In this document: one piece after another, positions 38,399-51,614 of the stretch
Position numbering within the stretch: position 1 is the first letter of the stretch
Layout of the letters: every line of letters starts with the position of its first letter
Source of the DNA: Salpingoeca rosetta
Lineage: Eukaryota; Protista; Choanoflagellata
Length of the DNA stretch: 64,000 nt
Assembly: GCA_033442325.1 (NCBI GenBank)
Contig: JAWQFM010000004.1
Location: forward strand, 1,311,293-1,375,292
Direction: 5' to 3'
Program-made: the position numbers and the translations under genes
Notes under the pieces: generated by a model
Seen by the model: the letters and a program-made list of their open reading frames with translations, nothing else
Told to the model about the DNA's origin: nothing
Databases searched by the model: none

Positions 38399-39012
38399 TG
38401 AATGCCGATCAAGTCACACGGCCACTGTACACATGTTGCAAACCCCGGACGACAAGCGAGCACAAGCCACAAGATAAAGAAGGCATTGCAGCTCACCGAT
38501 GGCGCCAAGACGACGAGGACATGGCAGGTTGGTCGGAGGATGGCATATGTACTGTACGTCTCGTGACACGAGTACGTCTCGTGCAGCTGATTTGGTGTGG
38601 GTGTAGGTGGAGGTTGAGGGGAGGGGGGATGAGGATGAGTTGGCGTGCCTGGTAGATATGGACTGAGGCATTGTCACCCACACACACATAAACACACACA
38701 CGCACAAACCCATGAACATACACACATAAACAGACGCATCACCTGTTGTGTGTCGGTGTCAAGCTGATGCCGTGCGTCCAAGATCTGCTTGTACCATGCA
38801 CGCAGGATGCGACGAGTTGGGCAGCGTGTGTGCTGCAGCTGCACGTCTGGCGAGGGTGTGGTTACCAAGCAGCGGTGGTACACGGGGTCAACAGCCAGCA
38901 CTCCGAGCACGCTCTCGTGCACGGTGGACGACGATGGTGGCAGTCCTGTCTCTTCCAACTGTGATGGTGTACGCGAATATACGTTACCGAGTAGTGGTGG
39001 GTGCCAGTGTGA

Positions 39013-39090
<78 letters not shown>

Positions 39091-39605
39091 GTTCAGAATG
39101 AGCAAAACATGCATGCAAACTGACTCTCGCTGTATCCTGAAGAAGCGGAAGAATGCCCTTCCATATGCTCGGCACCTGATGATGCCAACAGTCAGCAGCA
39201 CAAACACAACGAGTGAGCCGGTGTTGTTGACACTTGTGCATTTGCGCACACGTGCATGTGCATGTGTACGCTATTGTGTGCCTCAGTGTTTGCGTTGACC
39301 ACTGCAGACATGCGCAAGAAGGTGCAACAAGGACCTGTGCACCTGTGCGTACGCACCAGCTGCTGGACGAGCGTGTGGAGCGCAGGGCGGGCGCCGCAGA
39401 GCAGAACAACGTAGACGTTGTGCAGGAGGCGAAGGCGAACGAAGCGGTGGGGAACATCTGGACTCAAGGTGGGCAGAAACACTGGGCCGTCAAACGCGTC
39501 GCTCGCTGGAAGATACGCCGCATAGGCGCACACCAAACACGTGTCTGTGCTACTCAGCTCCCAGAACCTGCAGCGCATACATGCGGATTGAGTGAGTGTG
39601 TGTGA

Positions 39606-39687
<82 letters not shown>

Positions 39688-41007
39688 ATGTGTGTTCGTG
39701 TGTAAACAATGGGTGTGAGTGCAATCGGAGTCATGGAGGTCGCCTATCATAATACACACACACACACACACACACACCTCCTCTTCCCTCTCCCCCCAAA
39801 CGCACGGTTCTGTTGCTGCAACGCATCGGCCACCGACGAGAAGGGCGCCGTAGTTGCTCTCGGCGTGCTCGCAGAATGTGTTGAGCACCTCCTGCAGCTC
39901 CGCAGGCGATCCGCTCAGCGCCACCTCCATGCAGCCCACTGTGCACGGCGCAGTGTGTGAGTGTGTGTGTGTGTGTGAGTAAGTGTGTGAGTGAGTGTGT
40001 GAGTGTGTGTGTGAGTGAGTGTGCGAGTGAGTGTGTGAGTGTGTGAGTGTGAATGTGTGTGTGTGGGTGTGAGTGTGTGTATGTGAGCACGCGCATGTGT
40101 GTGAACTGCGTGCTGCCACAAACAAGATCGTACGCTGCAGCGCGAGGTTGTTGTGCTCTTGGAGTAGATGGTCAATAAAGCCAAAGCACGCCTGTTGTTC
40201 ACGAGCAGTGCAGATGACAAGGCGGCCGCCATTGAGCTATTCACGAACAATACACACAGCGCCAAACTCAACCCACATGGAGCGGTGTTTACGCACTGTC
40301 ACATGCAAACACATTGTCGCATGCAAGCACATACCCGGAGACTGAGGCGAAGAGAAGTGGCATCAGCCGATAGGCTCTCCTTGCTCAAGAGAAACGTCTG
40401 AGAAGCAGTGCTGTCGTCAGAACAACGCCCACGTGCACTGACCATGACAGCTCAGTGTTCACAAACAACGACACACAGACTCACTCACGCACACACACAC
40501 ACGTACACAGACGCACGACAACAACTCACTCACACACACTCACACACTCACACACACACACACACGCACACACACACACGAACACACACGAACCAAGGAG
40601 TTGAAGAGGAGTTGCACAAAGCTGTCGACGGTCGTGTCTTCGACATGCTCGTTTGGATGCACAAAGATGAAGAAGATGCTGTGTACAAGAATAAGAAGAG
40701 AACAGTGAATGAAGGAGGGCCGTGCAAACCATAGTGTCGTGTGAAGCGTGTCCCCGTGCGCACATATCATTTGTGCTCTGATGCTTTGTTGACCCGCAGC
40801 GCATGCACACACTGCGATCCCCTCATTCTTCGGTGACCAGTCACACGTGATAAGAGTTGGCATGTGGACGTACCCTGGCTCAAACGAGCGCCATGTGATG
40901 CGGGCTCCTTCTGTCACGGTGGAGGTGAGCTCGTGCTCGTTTCGCTGCACGTACTTGTAGATTCCATAGAACAGCTGGCGATGTGCGCGCGACAGCTGCG
41001 CCAGCAA
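38212..41007 (-). CDS. FUZ: Fuzzy (CPLANE tri-longin ciliogenesis protein) homolog; start not located
   Basis: Exons encode LQEVLNTFCEHAESNYGALLVGGRCVAATE, DGPVFLPTLSPDVPHRFVRLRLLHNVYVVLLCGARPAL, LTSTVTEGARITWRSFEP and final LPTYALKAVAQETAATL; these match recalled Fuzzy motifs (GRVVAATE, PVYLPHGSPTVPHRL, LCLLCGP, VVWKSF). First exon probably near or in the 41295 gap. Confidence 0.8.
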
Positions 41008-41131
41008 TTGCAGTCATGCAGTCACAACACCATGGCGAGTGAGTGTAACGATGCGCACACAGCATGCAGACAAGAAACAGGGACTCATGTTGTGCAATGG
41101 AAACACTCACTCACTCGCTCACTCACTCGCA

Positions 41132-41168
<37 letters not shown>

Positions 41169-41184
41169 TCACTCACACACATAA

Positions 41185-41215
<31 letters not shown>

Positions 41216-41294
41216 TGCACACTCAGCCAGTCGGCGATACACACCCATCCACTCTGACACGCACTCTATCACTCACACGCATAACCGCAAACAT

Positions 41295-41394
41295 NNNNNN
41301 NNNNNNNNNNNNNNNNNNNNNNNNNNNNNNNNNNNNNNNNNNNNNNNNNNNNNNNNNNNNNNNNNNNNNNNNNNNNNNNNNNNNNNNNNNNNNN
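41295..41394. other. Assembly gap (100 N, size probably unknown)
   Basis: N run. Confidence 0.99.
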
Positions 41395-41606
41395 GTGAAG
41401 CCAAGTAACGACGCAATCAAGCAAGGAAGTCGCGGTGGGGGGTGGTGCATCAGCTGCCAAGAAAGCAAAGGCAAGTGCCACCACGACTGTCCTCCTCACT
41501 CCACTTTTTCGTGTTGTGGCGCTTGTTGTTTGGTGGAACGCGCGCACACCTGCACCGCACGCACCTTCCTGCCTTCCCTCACCTCGCTTCGTGCTTGCAG
41601 TTGGAG

Positions 41607-41644
<38 letters not shown>

Positions 41645-41658
41645 TGTGTGTTTGCGCC

Positions 41659-43035
41659 ATGAGCTGGGTGTTTGCGTCGTTTGCGGATCGGCTGCCGGTC
41701 CCCATCTCCTGCGTCACCTCAACACGCGACTTTCGCTGGGTTTGCTGTGGTGCGTATGATTGCTTGTGCGTGATTGATGTGTGCGAACGTCTGATGTGAC
41801 GCTTGAGTGCCATGGCTGTGACACCTGCTACTTTGTGCGTGGTTGCCTGCAGTTGGGTTGCTTGCGCCATGCTTTGTACTCTCCCTTTGCTTCTTGCTTC
41901 ACCGTCAGTCCACTCACTCCTCTCCATTGACAACCCCCCCCCCCCAATCTTTCCAATCCCTTCACCCTTGCACAGCGGACGAGAGCGGGCGGTTCACGTT
42001 GGTGGATGCGGTCAAGTCGTTGAACGGCGAGGCCCTGCACAGCAGCGATGAGCTTGCCATGCCCTGTAAGCTGGCATGGTACGTGGTGCACCGGTGGTCG
42101 GCTGCAAGCGACCCCACACGCATCGCTATGCACAAGGAGGGTGTCTTCCTCCTCGCAGGCACCAAGACCGGGGACATCCAGCTCTGGGGCCTCCGCGTAC
42201 ACGACTTTACAAACGTCTACTCCGCCAAGCTGAACAAGGTCGGCGACACCGCAGTACGCTGGCCATGACCCTCTCTGTTGTCATCATCATCTTCTTGTTC
42301 ATGTGCCGTGTTCCTGGAGCAAGCACGCTCCGTGGCGCCTTTCACCTGCACTTATTCTCACGTGCACGTGTTCACGTGGCGCTGCAGGCTGCCATCAGTG
42401 GTCTGGCACTGACAGACAATGACACAGCTGCAGTCGCAGTGTCGCAGCAGGGCGGCCTCAGCCGCATTGATCTCAACACGGGCGCCCTGCTCCCCGTCAG
42501 GTGTGTGTGTGTGTGTGTGTGTGTGTCTGTGTGTCTGTGTGTCTGTGTGTCTGTGTGTCTGTGTCTGTCTGTGTGTCTGTGTGTCTGTCTGTGTGTCTGT
42601 GTGACTGTGTGTGTGCATGCATGTCATGTGCATCCGCGTGTCTCACACAAAGACGGCTTTGCTACACACTATCTAACGCTCTCCTCCACCTCCTGTTTCA
42701 CTCCAACCCCCACCCAAATTGCAGGGCTGCACAACACAACGGCATTGTGACAAACATGGCCTACACAGACAACACAGCGCTCACGTGCAGGTGTGGTGCC
42801 CAGTGCGTGCCAACACCATGTGTACGCAGATGCATGGGTCATCTACCTGCTTTGCCTTGACTCTAAATCACGCTTACGGCCTCTCTTTCTCCTCCTCCAC
42901 CCTCATGCACATCCTGATTTGCATTCACACCCCACACAGTCTGGATGGCACGTGCAAGCTGTGGGATGTTCGAGCCACAGGAGCCGGCGACACAACCGAC
43001 GCCGTATGTGCACTGGGGGTGTGGTGTTGTTGTGT

Positions 43036-43111
<76 letters not shown>

Positions 43112-43343
43112 TGATTGGAATTGGCTCATGCAGCACACACGCTCATGTACGTGCTCCCGTGACACGTGTGTGCAGAGCATGACGGTGCACGACGAAGAGG
43201 CGCGGTGGATATTGGACACGGTCTGGCACCCGGACGGCCACCGCTTCTCCCACGTCGACCGAAACAGCAGGTATCGGTGGCGTGGTGTCGTGATGGGGAC
43301 GTGTAGCACTGTGCTGAGACTGGAGCATGTCGTTTGTGGCACG

Positions 43344-43383
<40 letters not shown>

Positions 43384-43399
43384 CCTCACACCCTCACAC

Positions 43400-43485
<86 letters not shown>

Positions 43486-45575
43486 ACACACACACACACA
43501 TCCTCACACACACACACACACACACCAGGGTGACGGTGTGGGACCGGCGCAACGCGTCTGCCCCCGTGCACTCCCGACGAATTGGACGACGAGCGGCACC
43601 TGCGTTCTGCGTTGCTGGGAACGATACGCACATGGCCGTCGGCACAGCCCGTGCGTCTTGCACTGCATTGTTGGTGATTTGTTTGGGTGTTTGTTGGGTG
43701 TTGTTGTTTTCTGTGCTGGTGTTGGACTTCAGCATCGTCACGTGTGTTTGCTCCTCATATGTTGTTGGAGAGACACGCCAGTCACCTGCTTGCCCTTTGT
43801 TGCTTGTGCCGTGCACTCACTGAGACACACACACACACACATACACACATATTGCAGTTGAGGGCGTGCATGTGTTGGATTGGGAGCTGAAGCCGGCGGC
43901 GAGGCTCGCGTGTGCGGTGAGATGATACACGCACACACGCACACACACACATGCACATGCATTGATGATTTACATACACGCACGCATGCCCTGTCACTCT
44001 ACCTCTCCTGCTCACTCCAACCCTACAGCCACACACCTCAATTTCTCACCCAAACAAACGAACACTCACACGCACGCACACACACACACACACACACACT
44101 ATCAACTGCAATCCTCCTTCCATCTCCCCCCTCCTCCACCACGTGCAACTGCCATGACCACCACCATCCAGAGCGCCGTCGCGAGCGTGGCGCTGTCAAG
44201 AGATTCGCGGTTCGCGTTCACGGGCTGCGGGACGGGCGGCTGGCCCATGCTGCTGCCACACGGGCACGCCATCGACACGCACCACGCCGTTGTTGCCGGG
44301 TACACGCACGCACATGCGTCCTCCCTCGCTGCTGTTATGTGTGCGTGTGTCTGTGTGTCTGTGTGGGTGTGGGTGTCTGTGTGTGTGTGTGTGTCTGTGT
44401 GTGGGTGGGTGTGTGTGTGTTTCGGGACCTTCGGTACCACTATCACCTCGTCACGTCACCACCTCACCACGTCACCACGTCACCACCTCGACCATTGCAG
44501 GTTTGACATGACGGCTGCGCTTGGGCTGAAGAAGGGCGGGCGCGAGCGAACGCTGAGCATGGAGGAGGTTGCACGCGGACAGGCGAAGCACCGGGCATAC
44601 GAGCAACTCTACCTGTCCCCAACCTACACCAAGCGACAACAACAACAGCAGCAGGAACAGGGTGGCGACGGATGGGGTGATGATGTGGTAGAGGCCAGGA
44701 GCGGTGCAGACGAGGAGGAAGAAGAGGAGGAGCAGGGCCAGGGAAATGGGGAGGGCGGTGCTTGCAAGCATTCCCTGCAAGCAACAGCATCGACAACAAC
44801 AAAAGGAATGGACGGAGGGAATGCCGTGGCGACGACAGCAACAGCACCAGCAGCAGCGACAAGCGAAGGCGGCAGTAGTGCAAGTGGTGGTGGATATGTT
44901 GTGCCGGACGATGACGATGCGCCGCTGGTTAAGCGACCAAAGCCCATGGTGGCGTCTGCTTCCACACACGCGCACGGGCATGGACATGGACACGGAGGGG
45001 CAAGTGGACCGTTCTTCCACCATGGGGAAGGACAGCCAGCGGTGTCGCTCGGCGGCGACACGGTCGCACCAGCAACATCTGTCACACCATCAACGACAAC
45101 GACAACGGCGACAACAGTTTCCGATTTGCATATGTTTGGAGGGTTTCACGATGACACCACGCAAGAGAGCGACATGCTTGGGTTTGGAGACGGGAGCAGG
45201 GGCAGCTCTGTGATGGGACACGCCGTCCACACGCACGGCGAGCACGATGTTGCGTCCATGCATGCGCACATGAGCGAGCACAGTCACAACTCTGACATTT
45301 TCGCCGGCCTGGACGACAATTCCTCCAACTTGCACAGCAACCACGCCATGGACACGGATCACGGCGCCACATTGCCACCCGCGCACACGCACATGTTCAC
45401 GCACGGCGACAACAACGGTGATGATCATGGTGATGGCAACAATGGAGACGCGTCGTTTGGTGGATCGCTGTTTGGGCACGCGACTGGTCGGCACGCCCTC
45501 GGTAGCGGTAGCAGTGGCAGTCGCTCGCCCGCTGTTCCAGACGCACTCGCACCAGACTTTGACATGCTCGGGTGA
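41659..45575 (+). CDS. WD40-repeat protein with long low-complexity His/Gly/Asp-rich C-terminal tail
   Basis: Spliced exons contain LLAGTKTGDIQLWG, SLDGTCKLWDVR, VWHPDGHRF, VTVWDRR, VASVALSRDSRFAFTG; last exon 44501-45575 is low complexity. Confidence 0.75.
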
Positions 45576-46091
45576 TGTGGTCAATTGTGTGTGTGTGTTG
45601 TGTTGTGTTGTGTTGTGTGTGCAAGTGTGTGTATTCTTGCATATCTGTGTGTGCATATCTGTGTGAGTGTGTGCAAACGTGAACACGTGTGTGTCCTCGT
45701 TTGATGATTAGCTGATTGTTGCGATTAGACAAGCAAGACCTGAGTGCGTGAGGCGAAGTGTGGCGTGCTGCTGTGCTTGCACTGTGCAATGCATCACACG
45801 TGTGACCTTGTAGAACCCCGTAAACCACCGACATGCAAATGAAACAACCGCTTGTACGGGCTGGTGCTCATACTCGCTTGCTCACATTCGACACCGGGTT
45901 AGTTTACTCTGCAAAGCTGTTCCGTTCTGAACAAGGAAGCGACGGGGAAGATGGAGGGGGGAGGGGGAACAGACAGAGACAGACACAGAGACAGGAAGTG
46001 GAGAGATGGGGAAGGGGAGTTGATGCTTATGCAGGATGAGCGCATGCATGTGGACTCTAGTGGTGCAAAGGTTGCGGCTGTGTGTGTGTAT

Positions 46092-46138
<47 letters not shown>

Positions 46139-46140
<2 letters not shown>

Positions 46141-47142
46141 AGTTTGCCCTGCGCCTGAGCGGGTCCGCAATCTTGATGGGCACAGAGCCGTCCTTTGGCG
46201 GCGGAATCGGCTGGAACGACGGGCTCACGTACGACTCCTGAACAGCAAGGCAAGTGGGCAGTGGGCACATGGTCAGTGAGCGCAGTGAAGCGAAGAACAG
46301 ACACGGCAATCCGCGTTTGGGAAGTGACAATGATGACACACACGCGCGCACACACACACGCATACACACAAATAAACAAACAAACAAACAAACAAACAAA
46401 CAACAGAAGCAGCAGCAATCGCAGTAACAGCCGGTGTGTGGTGTGCTATCGCACCTTATCTGGGCGGTCGCGAAGATAGTAGAGCTTTGCACGGCGGCGG
46501 CGGGCGAGCTCAAGCACCTCAATCTTGGCAATGAGCGGCGAGTACAGGTCAAACTTGGCCTCAAAGGCAACGCCTTCGTCCACGTTGCGGATGGTGAAGA
46601 CAGACCCGAGCTTGGCGTTGCGCCGCCCAATGCACAGGCCAACCTACCGACAAAAAGATGGGGTACACGCGTGTGTTTGGTGTGTTTGGTGTGTGTGTGT
46701 GTGTGTGTGTGTGTGCAAGGGTGGTGGAAGTTTTGAGGGAATGTCATGCAACACAGCTTTACACCACACGCACACGCACACATACGCACATAAGCACAGA
46801 CGCATACGCACAGACGCAAGCACACATGCACATGCACGCATGCACGCACCATGCGTTTGGGTGTGTTGCGGCTGAGGGCTTCGTAGTATGTGACGCGCAG
46901 GATGCTGCCGGGGTAAAATTCGGGAATGGGGTTATCCTGGGTGCGGAGATACATCTCCTCCCGCTCAACAGCGGTCAGCACATCGCACTTGAGAGCCTTG
47001 GAGAGTAAAGGACAACGAGGGAAGGGAGGGCAACGTGTGAGGTGACGCACAACCAATGCTTCTGTTCGCAAGATGGCCTGGAACTGTCCCCACACACACG
47101 CGCGCGCACACGCGCACGCACACACACACGCACACAAACGCA

Positions 47143-47178
<36 letters not shown>

Positions 47179-47450
47179 TGTGCAGTACCTTTGGCGAAAA
47201 GTCCTTTGCCTTCTCCGGCTTGCTGGTTTGCTGGCGTTCGGCCTGTGCCTGTGCAGCAGCTTGTCTCTTCTCCAACAACATCTGACGCTTCTTACTCCGA
47301 CCTGGCCACAAGCAACACCACCACGCAGCATGAGTTGGAGCGACGCAGATACAAGTACAAATGCAAACACGAATGCACACAAGTACGAATGCGAATGCGA
47401 ATGCGAATGCGAATGCACACAAGTACGAATACGAATGCGAATGCGAATGC

Positions 47451-47518
<68 letters not shown>

Positions 47519-48001
47519 ACACAATCACACACGCACACACGCACCCACACGCACACACAAACACACACACACACACAAGCACGCACACAACGGACACGCA
47601 AACACACCGGGTGGACCGTCGCTGGCACCAGCCTTCTTCTTCTTTTTGTTGCCGGCCTTCTTTGAGGCATATCGCCGAGCCGACGCCAACACCGCAGGCT
47701 CTTTGTACAGTGGCAGCAACGATGATGACGACGACCATGGTGATGACGACGGCCTGGCAACTGCCAAGCATGTGCACAGGGATGAGGACGCCCTCGTTGC
47801 AACCGTTGCCGCGACCCCACTGAACCCTGTCACTGTCTGCTCATCAAACCGCACTGCTGCTGCCGTCACAGGAGCAGCCGCACGCCGCGCCAGCACGACC
47901 CCGGTTCTCGCCGTCGCCGCTGTCACCAGTGCCCGCTGCTGGCTGCGCACCAACACGCCACGAGCAGCACCCCCCATCACCCTCATCCTCATCGCCAGCA
48001 T
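46139..48001 (-). CDS. MRPL19: Mitochondrial ribosomal protein bL19m
   Basis: Arg/Ala-rich presequence; exons give IPEFYPGSILRVTY, VGLCIGRRNAKLGSVFTIRNVDEGVAFEAKFDLYSPLIAKIEVL, RRRRAKLYYLRD. Confidence 0.93.
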
Positions 48002-48108
48002 CCTACTTCACTGCTTGATTCAGGTCGAAAATCTACGACTCGTGGCGCTGAAAGCAAAATGTGCGGCTAGTGCGCACTTATTTCGTGTCAGCGCTGATAT
48101 CCACCACC
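48002..48108. promoter_or_regulatory. Very short putative bidirectional promoter (MRPL19 / mitochondrial RF1)
   Basis: 107 nt between divergent predicted ATGs; no microsatellite. Confidence 0.55.
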
Positions 48109-48915
48109 ATGAGGTTGGCAATACGGACAACCCCAGCGATGCTGCTGGCTCGTCGCTGGTGTGCCAGTGCACGCTGCACACCACTGAGGCCAGCTGGCAC
48201 ACGCACAGCAGCACAGCCGCCTTGTGCGGTGTCTTTGCAGACACACGGGATTGCCCGGGGGTGCGGCCGCGCTGTTGTGATGCCACACGTGCACCGCCGC
48301 AGCATGCACGATGAGCCGTCACTGAAGGACGAGGCTGTGCGCGCATATCTGGACCGCGTGTTGGAGCGGAGGCGCGATCTGCAGACCACTATCGTCCGCC
48401 TGGCAGAGGTCACCCACTTGCGCATGCACAGGCGTTCTCGTGTTCGTTGTGTCCCCAGCTCGGTGGCCCATTCATTCGAAGAGCCTTTCTCAATGCGGAA
48501 GCGCTGCACGCGAGCTCACACAAGCAATCGCCACATGCATGTCCACTGACAGGAAGGTGATTCTGAAAGCGTCGTGGAGAAGACGCAGCTGCTAGCAAAG
48601 ACAGACGCGCTGGCCGAGGCTGCCAGTGCCTGGTTTGATCTCTCCAAGGTGCGTGCATGTGTGTGTGTGTGTGTGTGTATGTGGGCGGGAGGGGTTTGCG
48701 TGAGTGGTGCTCACTATTCACCATTCGCCATCACCATTCACCGTTCACCATTCGCCATCGCCATTCACCATGCACCATTCTGCACCATCACCACTTCCTC
48801 TCACTAGGAAATGGAGGAGCTTGAACACATGCAAAGAACAGAGACGGATCCCGATCTCAAAGCAATGGCTGTCAGCGAGCTCAAGTGAGATGCGCTGGCT
48901 TTGGAGTTGTGTATG

Positions 48916-48947
<32 letters not shown>

Positions 48948-49735
48948 CGTGTGCGTGTGCGTGTGCGTGTGCGATGCTTGCTCACTCGGCGCAATCACCC
49001 CCTTCCTCGTCACCCTCACCCCAACTTCTCCTCCGCGCAGGGAGGTGCGTGCGCGGGCCCCCGAGGTGGAGCAGCTGCTGCTTTCAGCGATGGTCCCGCA
49101 CGACGACGCCGACGACGGCAGTGCCATTGTTGAGATTCGCGCGGGAACCGGCGGCACAGAGGCCGCCATATTCGCCAAGGACTTGTACAAGCTGTACCAG
49201 CACCTGGCTGTGCGGCGCGGGTGGCGTGTACAGGAGATGACGACGAGCTACACAGAGGGTGTTGGCTCTGACGACGGTCTCAAGGAGGTGACCTTCTCCG
49301 TCAACGGCCAGGACGCGTTTGGATCCCTCAAGGTTTGTGTGTGTGTGTGTGTGTCTGTGTGTGTCTGTGTGTGTCTGTGTGTGTCGTTGTCTGTAGCAGT
49401 GCCACGATGTGGTATTCGATCCTTGTGCGAGAGCCTCACCGGCATGCCCTCATGTCCTTTGCGCCCATATGAACGTGCGATTGCGCTTTGTGTGAGCAGT
49501 TTGAGAGTGGGGTGCACCGTGTGCAACGAGTGCCGATCACGGAAGCAGCGGGACGCATCCACACGAGCACAGCAACAGTCGCCGTCCTCCCACAGGCGTC
49601 AGAGGTAACGACGACGATGGTGATGTGGTGGTTGAGGGTGGTGGTGGTGATGATGAGCAGGGATGAAGTATTGGGCATGCAACGGTCCAATGCACGCAAC
49701 ACATCACACTCACTCGCATACACACACACAGATCA

Positions 49736-49810
<75 letters not shown>

Positions 49811-50647
49811 TCACACACACACCCCCCCCCTTCTTTGCACAGGTGACGGTGTCGATTCACGAGCGGGACATCAAGATGGACACGTACCGGTCTGGCGGCG
49901 CCGGCGGGCAGCACGTCAACACCACCGACAGCGCCGTGCGCCTCACACACATCCCAACAGGCATTGTCGTTGCTGTCCAGTCAGAACGCTCCCAGCACAG
50001 GGTAGGGCGTGGTTGTGANNNNNNNNNNNNNNNNNNNNNNNNNNNNNNNNNNNNNNNNNNNNNNNNNNNNNNNNNNNNNNNNNNNNNNNNNNNNNNNNNN
50101 NNNNNNNNNNNNNNNNNNTGTGGCTGTGTGTTTGTGTGTGTCTGTGTATGTATGTGTGTATGTATGTGTGTTTGTGTGTGTGTGTGTGTTTGTTTGTCCA
50201 CATCTCGTCTCACTGCTACAAACCAATGTCTCACCATGACTCCCCCCGTTCCCCGTTCACCCTTCCCCACCCCACTTCCTCGCATGTGTGTGTGTGTGCA
50301 CAGAACCGGGATGTGGCGATGAAGATGATTCGTGCGCGTGTGTACCAGCAGGAGCGCGAGAAAGCGCAGCTCGAACGCGCAGAACAGCGACGCGCCCTGG
50401 TGGGATGACGATGATGACGATGGCGATGATGACGATGGCCGTGGTGGCGGTTGTGATTAGAAATGGCTGTCTGCTGTGCATGCGCACACTGTATCTCACC
50501 ACCACCACCACCACCGCAATCATCGCTGTACCAACAGATTGGAGGAACGCCTGGCTCGCGCTCTGATCGAATTCGCACATACAATTTCCCGCAGGACCGC
50601 GTCACAGGTGACGATGATGGGTGTGGCGGTGGTGGCGATGCGTTCGC

Positions 50648-50719
<72 letters not shown>

Positions 50720-50986
50720 GAGACAGCATATGCGGAAGCAAATAGATGCTCGTGTACTCACACACACGCACACACATACGCACACATACACCCATCCCCC
50801 CCCCCTCACACACACACATTCACACATGCAGACCACCGCGTGAATGTGCGGGCGTCGCTGTCGAGCGTGCTTGAGGACGACGGCCTGGACGGGATCATCT
50901 CATCGCTTCGCCAGCACGACAACATGGAGCGACTGCTGCACGTCTTGGAGGAGGACGCCGCTACACCACACACACACAGCGCTTAG
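48109..50986 (+). CDS. MTRF1L: Mitochondrial peptide chain release factor 1 (mtRF1a/PrfA-like)
   Basis: Presequence-like N-terminus; [15 protein letters not shown]; [31 protein letters not shown] (PxT motif of RF1); [26 protein letters not shown] (GGQ); [19 protein letters not shown]. Confidence 0.93.
50019..50118. other. Assembly gap (100 N)
   Basis: N run inside an RF1 intron. Confidence 0.99.
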
Positions 50987-51384
50987 CATCATCGTTACAG
51001 TGGCACGGGCTGTGTGTGTGTCCGTTTGTGCGTGTGTGTGCATGTGTGTGCGCGCGTTTCTGTCTGTGTAAGCTTACATTTATGCGCCGCACACACACAC
51101 ACACCCTCGCTCATATGATCACCTGTTCGCATGTTTACTTCTTGTTGACGCCGCTGTTGTTTTACGATTGTACTGCTTGTATTTAATGATGTCTCACGTG
51201 CGTGTATGTACACATGCGCATATTAAAGAAATGGTAACTGGCCAGCAAGCCATGGGGGCGTGACGAGCGAATCGAGCGTGGCTGGCACAACTCCACACAG
51301 CCGGAACATGGCGTAACTTATCGATGCGGTGCACACACAACGTTGCATCACCACATTCATCACACCTCTCCCCCGCCCCCTCCT

Positions 51385-51581
51385 CTACACCTTGTCTTGC
51401 GCGTGTGCTTGTGATGTGGATGGAGGCGAGCGGTTCGACGTGCCTGCAGGCATCATCCAGATGAGCGCACAGCAGCCCGCTGTTGCCCGTTGGTGGCGGT
51501 GAGGGGCGGTGATGGCAATGGTGATGATACGATTCATGCGAACCAACGTGAATCAGACCAAAGAGTCATCCGAACAGCTTG

Positions 51582-51614
<33 letters not shown>

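Noticed and set aside
37231-49920. GGQ motifs in both eL42 and the nearby release factor
   Set aside because: Both are conserved features of unrelated proteins acting in different compartments; proximity is coincidental.
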